The notes: a model not told the origin generated them from the letters alone. DNA of 64,000 nt from Pseudomonadota bacterium (GCA_038526085.1 JBCBHE010000021.1:3705-67704), one strand, 5' to 3'; shown: positions 10,801-19,023, numbered from the stretch's first letter. Made by a program: numbers and translations.

Positions 10801-13036
10801 GGTTGCAGATGGCGGCGACTTTGCTGAAACGGTTACAAGCCAGGGCGGCACGGTTCGGATTACAGGAGAGTCCACGGGCAGTATTGCGAACGTGTCTGGT
10901 GAGGTGATCGCCGAAACCGGTGGGACGCTTGATGGATCTATTACCAATCAAGGGACCGTAACTGGTGCTGGTGGCAGCATTACGGGTGATTTGACAAACA
11001 CCGGTACAGTCGATGTGACCGGCGGCGATTTGACTGTGGGTGACCTGACCTCGACAGGGAGTGTGACCGTTTCGAACGGTCATGCGTTGGGTTTTGACAC
11101 TGCAGAGATTGGCGGCGGAACCCTGGCGGTCACGAACGGGACGTTAGATGGCGACGTGACAGTTGCCGCTGGTGTCGATTTAACGGCGTCTAACATGACG
11201 GTCACCGGTGATTTCGCGACAATGACGGATCTGGTCAGCAATGGTGCGCTGAGCATCGGAGGTGACTTTGTAATGGACGACAGCGATCTGACCATTGCAA
11301 CCGGTCGTGCAGAGATCGGCGGCGATGTGACCTTTGCAGATGATGTGTTTGTGACGCTTGTGGATGGCACCGGATTGTCTGGGGCGACGATTACTAACGC
11401 GGGCCAGATGGCCGCCACCGGGACTGTCGCTTTCGCGGGCGACTTCACCAATTCTGGCACTCTGACAGCAACCGGCGCGCAAAGCTTCGATGGCCCGTTT
11501 ACGAACACTGGTACGTTGACCGCCACGGGCGATTTGTCCTTCAGTGGCCTTTTCACAAATAGTGGCGTCTTTGGTGCGGAAGGGTCGCTCACCTTTGGGG
11601 GCGGGCTGCAAAACACCAGCGGCATCACGACCGTGAACAACGACCCAACCGACACGATCACAATTGGGGGTGCCGGACTGAGCGGGGGTGGCACCCTGCA
11701 GTTTGATGTCGATTTATCGAACGAAGTGGGTGTGGCTGATCAGGTCACAATGGCACCAGGTGCCTTCATTACAGGCGATGTGACGCTGAACTTTAATGTC
11801 CTTGGCAGTGGCGCGCAGCAGCCCGTCGACCTTGTTTTAATTGACGTCGCTGCTGGTGACCCCGGCAACTTTAACATTGCCGCTGATGAGATTATCGACC
11901 CATCCGGCATTCTGACCTACAGCGTCACCCGCAATGCGGCAGGCGACGTTGTGATTGAGGATGCGCTGACGCCCGCGATTGCGGGTTTGGCCGGAAACAT
12001 CGTGCTGACCCAATCGCTGATTGGTTCGGTAGTGAACCGTCCGTCGAGCCCGTTTGTGACCAGTCTTGCCTATGAGGATGATAACCCATGCGGCTCAGGC
12101 ATGTGGGCGCGGACGATTGGCGGTGGTGCGACATCTGCAGGTGAGGTGTCGGAGTTCGGTTTGGAAGGCGGTGCATTTGATGGGCGCATCTCGGCCACCT
12201 TTGCTGGCGTCCAGTTGGGTGCCGACTTTGCGTGCTTTAACGGCGTCTACAACGGCTGGGACTTGGCCGTTGGCTCGATCGGTGGTGTGAACATCGGGCA
12301 GACCAGCCAGCCTGTGTTTGCGATTGATCTTGAGCAAGCGGACAACCTGTCGGATCGGCAGACCAGCACGACAACCGTTGACTTTACGCAGTTCTATAGC
12401 GGAGTGTATGCGACCGCTGTGCGTGGGCCTTGGGCCGTCGATTTGCAGTATCGGTTTGAGATGACCGACTTTACCGCGACCAATGAGGGTGCGGATGGTT
12501 TGCCGGGGCTTGGCCTTGATGACACCGCCTTCGATAGTTTTGCAACGACGCTGAGTGGGGCAGCGAGTTACGTCTATAATGTGCCTGACACGAACATTGC
12601 CCTCGTCCCGACCGCTGGCTTCGCCTTTACTCAGGTCAGTACTGACGAGATCAACTTTGAAAGTCGCGGCATCGTGCGCATTGACGACTTTGATAGCCGG
12701 ATTGGGTTCATTGGTGGTACGCTTGCGATATCCAACTTCGGCGACGATGGCGTGTCGGCGTACCAAGAATTTGTGTCGGCCACCATTTACAATGATTTTG
12801 CTGATGGTCCGACATCTACCTTTTCACCCGTTGACGAAAGCGGCGATCGCCGGTTGCGGACGGAGAACTTAGGGCTCTACAGCGAGCTGAGCGTTGGTGT
12901 GAACTACGTCAAGGTGCTGCAACCCGGAGAATTTGGCGCCGTCAAACAGCTGTCCGCCAATGCACGCGCTGATCTGAGGATCAGTGAAAGACTCAAAAGC
13001 TGGGGCATCACTGCCCAAGCCCGATATCAGTTCTAA
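7874..13036 (+). CDS. Giant autotransporter-like outer-membrane protein with Gly/Thr/Asp-rich beta-helical passenger
   Basis: Signal-peptide-like N-terminus ending IARA-QD; repetitive GTV/TNTG passenger; C-terminal ~300-aa barrel-like region starting near GMWARTIGGG and ending RYQF. Start uncertain (ORF is open from 7754; GTG 7874 chosen). Confidence 0.8.
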   Translation: MFDRIYPQRPLWAFKGVARRGTSVAVMILFGWTEIARAQDLSWNLTSNGNWNTTDPNWIEDGVVAPLAFTNGASVTFEEVGGFTVTIDDGSVQVSDITFVEDGYAIAQSSGGAPFAIEPTGGAFALTLNAGVTATVTAPFTGTDPITVVGTPTSTLALSGDSSGATGELDITGGTVTLSGDYGGAVTNSGESLTNTATISGLVTNNADLTAAGTFSSGITNAAGTVTVTADSTGNITNTGGDLTVNLGQTLTGDVTNADAAPDTVVDGSVVGNLTVFDGTVDNNGTVTGNTDVSGGALTNDGTLDGALIVTGGTVDNTASVVGNVTVNGGTVTNSGSLGGTVVIAQTGVPAAALNDTGGTIAGLVTNTDGTITADGTTFTSGLQQDGGTTTATGTDFGTGATVAGGALAIDGAMAATSTGDVALTGGDLTVAAGQTLTGAVTSSDAASETVIDGTVTGDLTVSDGTVDNNGTVTGNADVSGGALTNDGTLDGALTQLDGDVTNTGDVTGNTIINSGTFTNSGGLGGTLVLDQTGAVPVELNDTGGVIAGLTTNVDGSITADGTTFAGGLRQVDGNTEVTGTDFGTGLNVDGGSVTIFGSAPATSSGDATLSGGDLVVGVDQTFAGDIVIDDLDSGLRNIGTIVGDVTVNDGVFNHEAVVVGNVIVNDRNFFSEGGRVTGTVTQSGGISRFRQSQVDGGLIISDGTSSIREDSTLDITNTGGRVDVASGQTLTGNIVQTDGRTDLSGVVDGTLTASGGRVDHGVGADITGLTTLQGGVEFNADGGTFTGGLRVEDADLTLTGPLVGDLENAGEALSFGDGVILDGDVLNSAGTLDLGALVTGTLTVDDGAVTTTPTATIQGATTVNGGTLTADGSTFDGGITVAGGDVAITEVGTINGMAISDGTLVVEGTTPLTTDLDVSGGDTTLTSDMVGSVTQSGGTVTRSGQLDGTVDLSDGTFTNADGSISGATTVTGGTLVADGGDFAETVTSQGGTVRITGESTGSIANVSGEVIAETGGTLDGSITNQGTVTGAGGSITGDLTNTGTVDVTGGDLTVGDLTSTGSVTVSNGHALGFDTAEIGGGTLAVTNGTLDGDVTVAAGVDLTASNMTVTGDFATMTDLVSNGALSIGGDFVMDDSDLTIATGRAEIGGDVTFADDVFVTLVDGTGLSGATITNAGQMAATGTVAFAGDFTNSGTLTATGAQSFDGPFTNTGTLTATGDLSFSGLFTNSGVFGAEGSLTFGGGLQNTSGITTVNNDPTDTITIGGAGLSGGGTLQFDVDLSNEVGVADQVTMAPGAFITGDVTLNFNVLGSGAQQPVDLVLIDVAAGDPGNFNIAADEIIDPSGILTYSVTRNAAGDVVIEDALTPAIAGLAGNIVLTQSLIGSVVNRPSSPFVTSLAYEDDNPCGSGMWARTIGGGATSAGEVSEFGLEGGAFDGRISATFAGVQLGADFACFNGVYNGWDLAVGSIGGVNIGQTSQPVFAIDLEQADNLSDRQTSTTTVDFTQFYSGVYATAVRGPWAVDLQYRFEMTDFTATNEGADGLPGLGLDDTAFDSFATTLSGAASYVYNVPDTNIALVPTAGFAFTQVSTDEINFESRGIVRIDDFDSRIGFIGGTLAISNFGDDGVSAYQEFVSATIYNDFADGPTSTFSPVDESGDRRLRTENLGLYSELSVGVNYVKVLQPGEFGAVKQLSANARADLRISERLKSWGITAQARYQF
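8588..9800 (+). repeat. 558-bp (186-aa) tandem intragenic repeat: two clear copies plus a diverged third
   Basis: GACGGGACCGTCGACAACAATGGCAC at 8705 and 9263; GGDL-x-V unit starts at 8588, 9146 and 9704 (period 558). Confidence 0.85.
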
Positions 13037-13044
13037 GGATTAAA

Positions 13045-13794
13045 ATGACCCCTGCAGACCCCTTTATGAAGGTTGATTTCGCGTTCGAAAGCTTCGGCGC
13101 GACTGATATTGGGCTCCGCCGTAAATACAACGAAGACCGCTTTGCCATGTTGCCGGAGCATGGTGTTTGGCTTGTCGCCGATGGGATGGGGGGGCACGCT
13201 GGCGGCGACTATGCGAGCCAAGCCGTGATCGATGACTTACCAAGTTTTGAAGGCGCTTTGACCCTTGGAGATTTGGAAAACCGGTTTCACGATGGGTTGG
13301 CTGAGGCGCATGTCCGAATGCTGCGGGTCGCGAAGGCGCTGAGCATGGATGCGATCGCCACGACCGTGGTTGGGTTGCTGATTTATCAGGATGAATTTGC
13401 ATCAATTTGGTCGGGCGACAGCCGCCTTTACCAGATGCGCGACGGGTCCCTGAAGCCGGTCACGCGCGACCATTCCGAAGCACGAGAGTTGGTGGATGCG
13501 GGTGTCTTGACCCCGGAGCAGGCGCGCACCTGGCATCGCCGCAATATCGTGACACGCGCCCTTGGGGTTTATGACCATCTAAGCGCAGAGACTGCCTATG
13601 GGGAGGTTGCGGCTGGCGATACCTTCTTGCTGTGTACCGATGGACTGACCGAACATGTCACGGATCAAGAACTTGAAGCGATCCTGAAGGAGGCCGACAG
13701 CGCGCAGGCGGCCGTTGAGAAGATGATCAGCAAGACGCTCGACCGGGGTGCGGTCGACAACGTCACGGCGATTGTCGTGCGGGTGCAGTCATGA
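13045..13794 (+). CDS. PP2C/PPM-family Ser/Thr protein phosphatase
   Basis: TDIGLRRKYNED, VADGMGGH, GDSRLY, LLCTDGLT, DNVT. Confidence 0.95.
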   Translation: MTPADPFMKVDFAFESFGATDIGLRRKYNEDRFAMLPEHGVWLVADGMGGHAGGDYASQAVIDDLPSFEGALTLGDLENRFHDGLAEAHVRMLRVAKALSMDAIATTVVGLLIYQDEFASIWSGDSRLYQMRDGSLKPVTRDHSEARELVDAGVLTPEQARTWHRRNIVTRALGVYDHLSAETAYGEVAAGDTFLLCTDGLTEHVTDQELEAILKEADSAQAAVEKMISKTLDRGAVDNVTAIVVRVQS

Positions 13795-15569
13795 CACAGG
13801 TTGACCCACCTATGGGGGCTGGTGCTTTGGAAAGCACGGTGCCGCTTGGGACGGTCATCAACAACAACTACAAGATCATGGAGCTACTGAGCATTGGTGG
13901 CATGGGTGAGGTGTTCTTGGGCGAGAACACGTTCACGGGCGACCCTGTGGCGATTAAGATCGTGCTGCGCGAGCTAGCCCAAGATGAGAACATTACCCAG
14001 TTATTCCGAAAAGAAGCTCGCGTGCTTTGCGGTTTGTCGGACCCAGCGGTCGTTCGGTACTTCAACTTTGTTCGTGATGAAAACCTCGACCGGTATTGCC
14101 TGATCATGGAGTTTGTCGACGGCATGGTGCTGTCCGATCATGTGCTCAAGGTCGCGCCACTGGATGTTGAAACGGCGTTGGTTTTGCTGCGCCGCTTGGC
14201 GGTTGGGCTGGCCCAGGTCCACGCGATGGGTGTTGTGCACCGCGACCTGTCGCCCGACAACGTAATCCTCCGCGACAATGCGATTGATGAGGCGGTGCTC
14301 ATCGATTTTGGCATCGCAAAATCGACGGAGCTGTCGGACAAGACGCTGCACGGGCAGTTGACTGGCAAGCTAAAGTTTATTTCACCCGAACAGCTGGGCC
14401 ACCATGATAGCGTGATCAGCCGGAAGACGGATATCTACGGTCTTGCCTTGCTGATCGCCTATGCGGTGCAGGGCAAGCCGTTGCCGATGGGTGAATCGGT
14501 GGTGGAAGCGGTGAACGCCCGGATGGTGATCCCTGATCTACGTGAATTCGACCCGCGTTTACGCGCCATTCTGGCCCATATGTTGGAACCCGATCCTGCG
14601 GATCGACCCGACAGTATGGATGCCGTCGTCGAATTGGTTGATCATCCGGGCCGGCTGCCTGAGAAGTACCGCCCTTTAGGCCCAAAGGTGGACCCGAGTG
14701 CCGCCTCAGATGCGGCAATGGATGCGGTGTTTCAGCCGCCCAAGCTGATCCCCGGCAAGCTTGCCGTCGATGCTCCGCTAGAGCCAGCAGTGCCTGCCGC
14801 AAGTGGTGGCGCTACGCTGCGATGGGTTGGGGTGCTGGCCTTGGTTGGTGCGCTTGGCTGGTTTGTGGCGGATCAGCAGGGATGGCTTGGAACGCCGGAG
14901 GTGGCTGATACGGAAGAGACCGTTGACGTGGCGCCTGCAACCGAAGGCGCTGTCACCCGCGCCAGCTATCTGGCGACCTATGCAGAAGGCTGCGCCTTTG
15001 CGGTGCGGATTGCAGCGGGGCCGGACGCAGGGACGGTTGCGGGTTATGCAGGTGATGTCGCAGCCTTTGATGACCTGTCCGCAGATTACGATGCGACGTT
15101 CAGCGCCGCCCCGACGGTGAATACGTTTGCGTTGTCAGGGGCCCAATGCCCTGTTGCGACGCTTGGCAAGGCCTTGCAATCCCGCGATGGGGGTGCGCCG
15201 TTGATGACGCTTGATAGTGACACCATGCAAAGTGATGGCACGATTGTTGGGCGCCTGTCTGACCGGCGTGGGCGGCCCGTGTGGCTGGCACTCGTGACGG
15301 CGGCAGGGGGCGTTTATAACCTGACGGATCGGCTGGTCGAACAGCCAGACGGCAGTGCGACTTTCAATTTTGGCCTAACTGCCGATGGCACGGACGCGCC
15401 GCAGGGGCAGGTGCTTATCGCCTTGGCGAGTGATGCACCCCTGATCGCCGCTGCGGCAGCGGCCGAAGGGGCATCAGCGCAGAGTCTTCTCCCATTGATC
15501 GAAGCGGAGATTGCTGGACGTGATGGACGCGTGGGTATGGCTTTGGGGTACTTTACGCTTGAGCCTTAA
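13791..15569 (+). CDS. Membrane-anchored Hanks-type Ser/Thr kinase with periplasmic C-terminal domain
   Basis: GGMGEVF, VAIK, HRDLSPDN, DFG, SPEQ, DIYGL; TM WVGVLALVGALGWFVA; ~200-aa C-terminal domain with two Cys. Confidence 0.93.
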   Translation: MTQVDPPMGAGALESTVPLGTVINNNYKIMELLSIGGMGEVFLGENTFTGDPVAIKIVLRELAQDENITQLFRKEARVLCGLSDPAVVRYFNFVRDENLDRYCLIMEFVDGMVLSDHVLKVAPLDVETALVLLRRLAVGLAQVHAMGVVHRDLSPDNVILRDNAIDEAVLIDFGIAKSTELSDKTLHGQLTGKLKFISPEQLGHHDSVISRKTDIYGLALLIAYAVQGKPLPMGESVVEAVNARMVIPDLREFDPRLRAILAHMLEPDPADRPDSMDAVVELVDHPGRLPEKYRPLGPKVDPSAASDAAMDAVFQPPKLIPGKLAVDAPLEPAVPAASGGATLRWVGVLALVGALGWFVADQQGWLGTPEVADTEETVDVAPATEGAVTRASYLATYAEGCAFAVRIAAGPDAGTVAGYAGDVAAFDDLSADYDATFSAAPTVNTFALSGAQCPVATLGKALQSRDGGAPLMTLDSDTMQSDGTIVGRLSDRRGRPVWLALVTAAGGVYNLTDRLVEQPDGSATFNFGLTADGTDAPQGQVLIALASDAPLIAAAAAAEGASAQSLLPLIEAEIAGRDGRVGMALGYFTLEP

Positions 15570-15588
15570 GGCGCCGCGCATCGTCCGA

Positions 15589-16908
15589 CTAGCGTACGTC
15601 GAATGGGGCAACTGTGATTGTCGCCCGGCCTTCAATCTCAGAGGTGAGCGCGCCGAAGTAGTTTTCGGCCAATTGACCGTTTTGGCGCGTCGAGGAAGTG
15701 GGCCGTGTTGCCGTCCCGATTGCCAGCAAGAGTTGACGGGTATCGCGTGCCGCGCCAGCACGTCGTAGCGGAGCTGCGAAGCGCGCTGTGTTCACGCCAA
15801 CCGTCAGGTAGTTGCCAAGGTCTTGGGCGACGCCGTTGTCATCAACCAGGACAAGGGTAATGTTGCGCCCGCCCGTGCCCGACAGACGCCCTGTCAGCTC
15901 TGTTCCGCTTTCAATGCGCGGTGCATCGAGGCCAAGCGCCATCGGTCCGGTTGGGTAGCCCGCTGTTGCCCGGATGTAATCGAGCGCCGCGCATTGGCGT
16001 GGATCGACAAGGATCGTGCTTTGCGGGGGGCGTGGCGTGAGACCAGCGAGGATTTCGTCAGTGTAAGGTCCGACGGCGGCTTCATTTGCCGCATAGATTT
16101 GCAAGCTGACTGTGCCGTTCTGCTGCAGTGGTATCGCAATCATACAAGTGGCGCCAACTGAGGCGCGAATACGCGCGATCAAGTCTGCTGCCAAAGGATC
16201 GGGGATGACGGCGTCTGGCACGGCAGGGCGTGGGGCAGGGGCTGGCGTACCAAGGGTTTCCGCTTGCGCGATCGCTTGGGTCACTGGTGACTGCGACTGG
16301 GTTGTTTGCACAACGCGGGCCTGTGAGACCGGTTGTGCCACGGTTGTGGATGGCGCGGCAGGGGCGGTAGTTACCGTCTCTGCGAGCTGCGATGCAGGCT
16401 GTGTCGGCGCAGACGCAACGGGTGCCGCGGTTGGATTGACTGGGCGCAGGGGGCTGATGGTTTCTGGTCCGATAGCTGGTGCGGTTGATGCGGTTTCCGA
16501 CTCTGTTGCGGTGTCTGCAGGCGCGATCGCATCTAGCGCATCGGACGGCGAAACGGGGGCAAGGATTTCGCGTTTGGTGATGTCTTGCAAGCCGTCTTCT
16601 ACGGCGATGGCTTCGGTTTCCTGACCATCCGTTTGCGCATCGACGACGAGGGAGGCCCCAACAGGCTGGAGCGTGTCGGCGCCATCGCCTCCGGTGTCAC
16701 CGGAGCCGATTTCGGCACTAAAGACGTTTCGTGTATCGATGGAGAGGGAGGTGATCTGGACCTCTGGCGTCTCCCGTTCTTGTAAGTCAAAAACAGCACC
16801 GACATCGACCACAGCCGTCAGCACGAAATAAGCGAAACCGACGTGGACAAGAGCGGATAGCCCAAAGGCCTCCGCCCAATGCAGCGGCTTTTCGTTTTGG
16901 ACGATCAT
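15589..16908 (-). CDS. TonB/TolA-like single-pass protein with non-TonB C-terminal domain
   Basis: N-terminal TM with S-x3-H (LSALVHVG); Ala/Pro/Thr/Gln-rich linker; follows exbB-exbD-exbD; C-domain resembles the kinase C-domain. Confidence 0.7.
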   Translation of the reverse strand: MIVQNEKPLHWAEAFGLSALVHVGFAYFVLTAVVDVGAVFDLQERETPEVQITSLSIDTRNVFSAEIGSGDTGGDGADTLQPVGASLVVDAQTDGQETEAIAVEDGLQDITKREILAPVSPSDALDAIAPADTATESETASTAPAIGPETISPLRPVNPTAAPVASAPTQPASQLAETVTTAPAAPSTTVAQPVSQARVVQTTQSQSPVTQAIAQAETLGTPAPAPRPAVPDAVIPDPLAADLIARIRASVGATCMIAIPLQQNGTVSLQIYAANEAAVGPYTDEILAGLTPRPPQSTILVDPRQCAALDYIRATAGYPTGPMALGLDAPRIESGTELTGRLSGTGGRNITLVLVDDNGVAQDLGNYLTVGVNTARFAAPLRRAGAARDTRQLLLAIGTATRPTSSTRQNGQLAENYFGALTSEIEGRATITVAPFDVR

Positions 16909-17309
16909 TGCACCTGGTCCCGCGTTCGCAATGTGACGAGGCGGAGTTCAATGTTGGAGAGGGCAGGGGTGTTCATCACCTCTAGCAGTCCCGATGCTGG
17001 CGCATCGCGCCCGATCAGGACATGCAGCACAATCGGCTTTGGCAAGTCCGCCAGCGCCACATCCATGAGTTCAGGTGCAACAGGCATCCCGTCGAGTTGC
17101 CAATGATCCCCATCCACGATCAGGATCGGGGTTGGGAGGGCATCGATTGGAAGTTCTTGTGTCTCTGCCAAGTCCACATCGCCAGTTGCGGGGTTCAGCA
17201 ATTGGCCGGTCGCCAAGAAGAACAAGATCAGCAACAGCACAATGTTCACGATGGCGAGGGAGACATCGAGCTTGATGGGCTCGGGGCGTTTGGGGAGACT
17301 GTCGATCAT
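16905..17309 (-). CDS. exbD: ExbD/TolR family protein (Asn at the usual TM Asp position)
   Basis: SLAIVNIVLLLILFFLATG transmembrane segment; periplasmic domain with GRDAP; ATGA overlap with neighbours. Confidence 0.75.
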   Translation of the reverse strand: MIDSLPKRPEPIKLDVSLAIVNIVLLLILFFLATGQLLNPATGDVDLAETQELPIDALPTPILIVDGDHWQLDGMPVAPELMDVALADLPKPIVLHVLIGRDAPASGLLEVMNTPALSNIELRLVTLRTRDQVQ

Positions 17310-17746
17310 ACTGTGCCCCCTGCGATTTGTACGTTTGTAATACCCGCTGTCGTTAGCGCTTCAACCACGCGCGCCAAATCTTGCACCACTGCGCCATCGC
17401 GTAAGATTAACAGGACCGTGGTGTCTTGGGTCGCCATGGCGGCGGTGAGATCCGGCAGCGCTTCAAACCCGAAGGCTTGACCGCTGACAGTGACGCCGTC
17501 GGCGGATACGTTCCAAATGGCGACCTCTGCAAAGGAGGTTGCTGTGCTTTCTGCGGCAGTGCCGGCCGTGTTTGCAAAGTCGCCCGATGCCCCGCTTCGG
17601 ATTGTCATGAGCGCGTAGGGTGCCAGACTGCTCGACAACATAAAGAAGATCAGCAATTGGAACATCGCGTCGGCCAAGGGCGTCAGCACAAATTTGTACC
17701 GGCGTGGCCGTTGGGCGAGCGTGAATTTGGGGGCGACCGTTGTCAT
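17306..17746 (-). CDS. exbD: ExbD/TolR family protein
   Basis: LTPLADAMFQLLIFFMLSS with conserved TM Asp. Confidence 0.82.
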   Translation of the reverse strand: MTTVAPKFTLAQRPRRYKFVLTPLADAMFQLLIFFMLSSSLAPYALMTIRSGASGDFANTAGTAAESTATSFAEVAIWNVSADGVTVSGQAFGFEALPDLTAAMATQDTTVLLILRDGAVVQDLARVVEALTTAGITNVQIAGGTV

Positions 17747-17755
17747 GGCGCAGGT

Positions 17756-18397
17756 TTATCCCGCTGCCTCACTGTCGACGCGCCCGTGGATTGCGGCAGA
17801 GATCAGCGTTTCCATCGCCTGACGCTCTCCCTCGATCCGGCCTTCGAGCCAGGTCGCGGCGAAGTAGGTGATCAGTGCGATGGCCAGGCCCGCGGCCGTG
17901 GTGGTCAGCGCTGTCCAGATACCGCTGGCCAGCAATGTTGGGTCCACGGTGCCATCGGCAGCGGCGAGGGTCGAAAAGGCATCGATCATGCCAATCACAG
18001 TGCCGAGGAGGCCGAGCATCGGGGCACCTTGTACGATAACCTCGAGCACACGCATGCGGCGCGACAGCCGCGAGAGTTCCGTCATCGCCGTTTGACGGCC
18101 AAGTTCTGCCGCGAAGTCAGGCATACCTGGTTTGGCACGCAGGCCGGAGAAGACGGATTGTAACACGCGTCCTAACACAAAGCGCTGTTCACCCGCATGG
18201 CGCACCGCGTCTTCGGCTTGGCCGCCAAGCCAAGTGCCCAAGATCGCTTCTGCCGCGTTGAATTGGCCGACGCCAAGGCGATTGAACTGGAAGGTCTTGT
18301 AGAAAGTGACGGTGACCGCCAGCACAGACATGATTGCGAGCGCCGCGAAAACAATCAACGACGGCAAGTTCAAAACGGACAAATCAGGAGCGTTCAT
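17756..18397 (-). CDS. exbB: MotA/TolQ/ExbB proton channel protein
   Basis: GAPMLGLLGTVIGMIDAF, GIWTALTTTAAGLAIAL. Confidence 0.92.
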   Translation of the reverse strand: MNAPDLSVLNLPSLIVFAALAIMSVLAVTVTFYKTFQFNRLGVGQFNAAEAILGTWLGGQAEDAVRHAGEQRFVLGRVLQSVFSGLRAKPGMPDFAAELGRQTAMTELSRLSRRMRVLEVIVQGAPMLGLLGTVIGMIDAFSTLAAADGTVDPTLLASGIWTALTTTAAGLAIALITYFAATWLEGRIEGERQAMETLISAAIHGRVDSEAAG

Positions 18398-18409
18398 ATG
18401 GGGACGCCT

Positions 18410-18853
18410 TTACAAACCAAACTGAATCGCAGCACGGGATGATGTTGCGAGGGAGGACATGCAGAAATCACCGGTCGTGGCGGTATCTGTTGGCGTACAC
18501 GCCGCCACATCGTTAACGATGATGCGCGAGGTGTCAGCACAGGTCTGACCGGCGATGTCGAATTGAACCACGCGGGTCTTGCCTTCGGGCAGCGCGCCAA
18601 AGGCCAAAACCAGGATACGGCTTACGATACCATTGCCGTCAAACACGGCGACTTCGTAAGACGCTTGGTCGAGCCCGGTGCCGGTGCGATTGGTTGCGAC
18701 ATAGGTCAAACGGCAGTCGCTGGTCGCGGTATCCGAAGCTGAGTTGAGTTCCAAAAAGAACTCCTCAGCCTCATTTTGGGCAAATACCGGTGTTATCGAT
18801 GCTGCTGAGACGGCAAATGCGGTCAGCAAAGCGGGAATCAGGCGGTAGCTCAT
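18410..18853 (-). CDS. Secreted four-Cys hypothetical protein, first gene of the motor operon
   Basis: Signal peptide ending PVFA-QN; LELN...CR...FGALPEGKTRVVQFD...C...NDVAAC. As I recall, this type sits ahead of exbBD in alphaproteobacteria (not verified). Confidence 0.75.
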   Translation of the reverse strand: MSYRLIPALLTAFAVSAASITPVFAQNEAEEFFLELNSASDTATSDCRLTYVATNRTGTGLDQASYEVAVFDGNGIVSRILVLAFGALPEGKTRVVQFDIAGQTCADTSRIIVNDVAACTPTDTATTGDFCMSSLATSSRAAIQFGL

Positions 18854-19023
18854 CGGAACCTCAACAGTAGGTAACTCAAAGGGTTGCAGCGAATTGGCCG
18901 CATTGTTCGCAGGCTGGCAACAAAGCTTGGCAGAATTGTGGCCCAGGCAAGGTTTTGGAAGGCAATCCGCAGGGTCGGATCGCCTGTAATTTGAGGGCGC
19001 CGGAATTGGCGCAGAGTTGGGTG

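Noticed and set aside
7874-13036. RTX/T1SS adhesin
   Set aside because: No GGxGxD nonapeptide arrays; it has an N-terminal signal peptide and a C-terminal barrel-like region ending in Phe.
13045-15569. PpkA/PppA of a type VI secretion system
   Set aside because: No tss, hcp, vgrG, fha or tagF genes in the window, and the kinase C-terminal domain matches the neighbouring TonB-like protein instead. A T6SS elsewhere in the genome cannot be excluded.
15589-18397. Standard Tol-Pal or iron-uptake tonB-exbBD operon
   Set aside because: No tolB, pal or TonB-dependent receptor nearby, two ExbD copies, and no TonB_C-like C-terminus.
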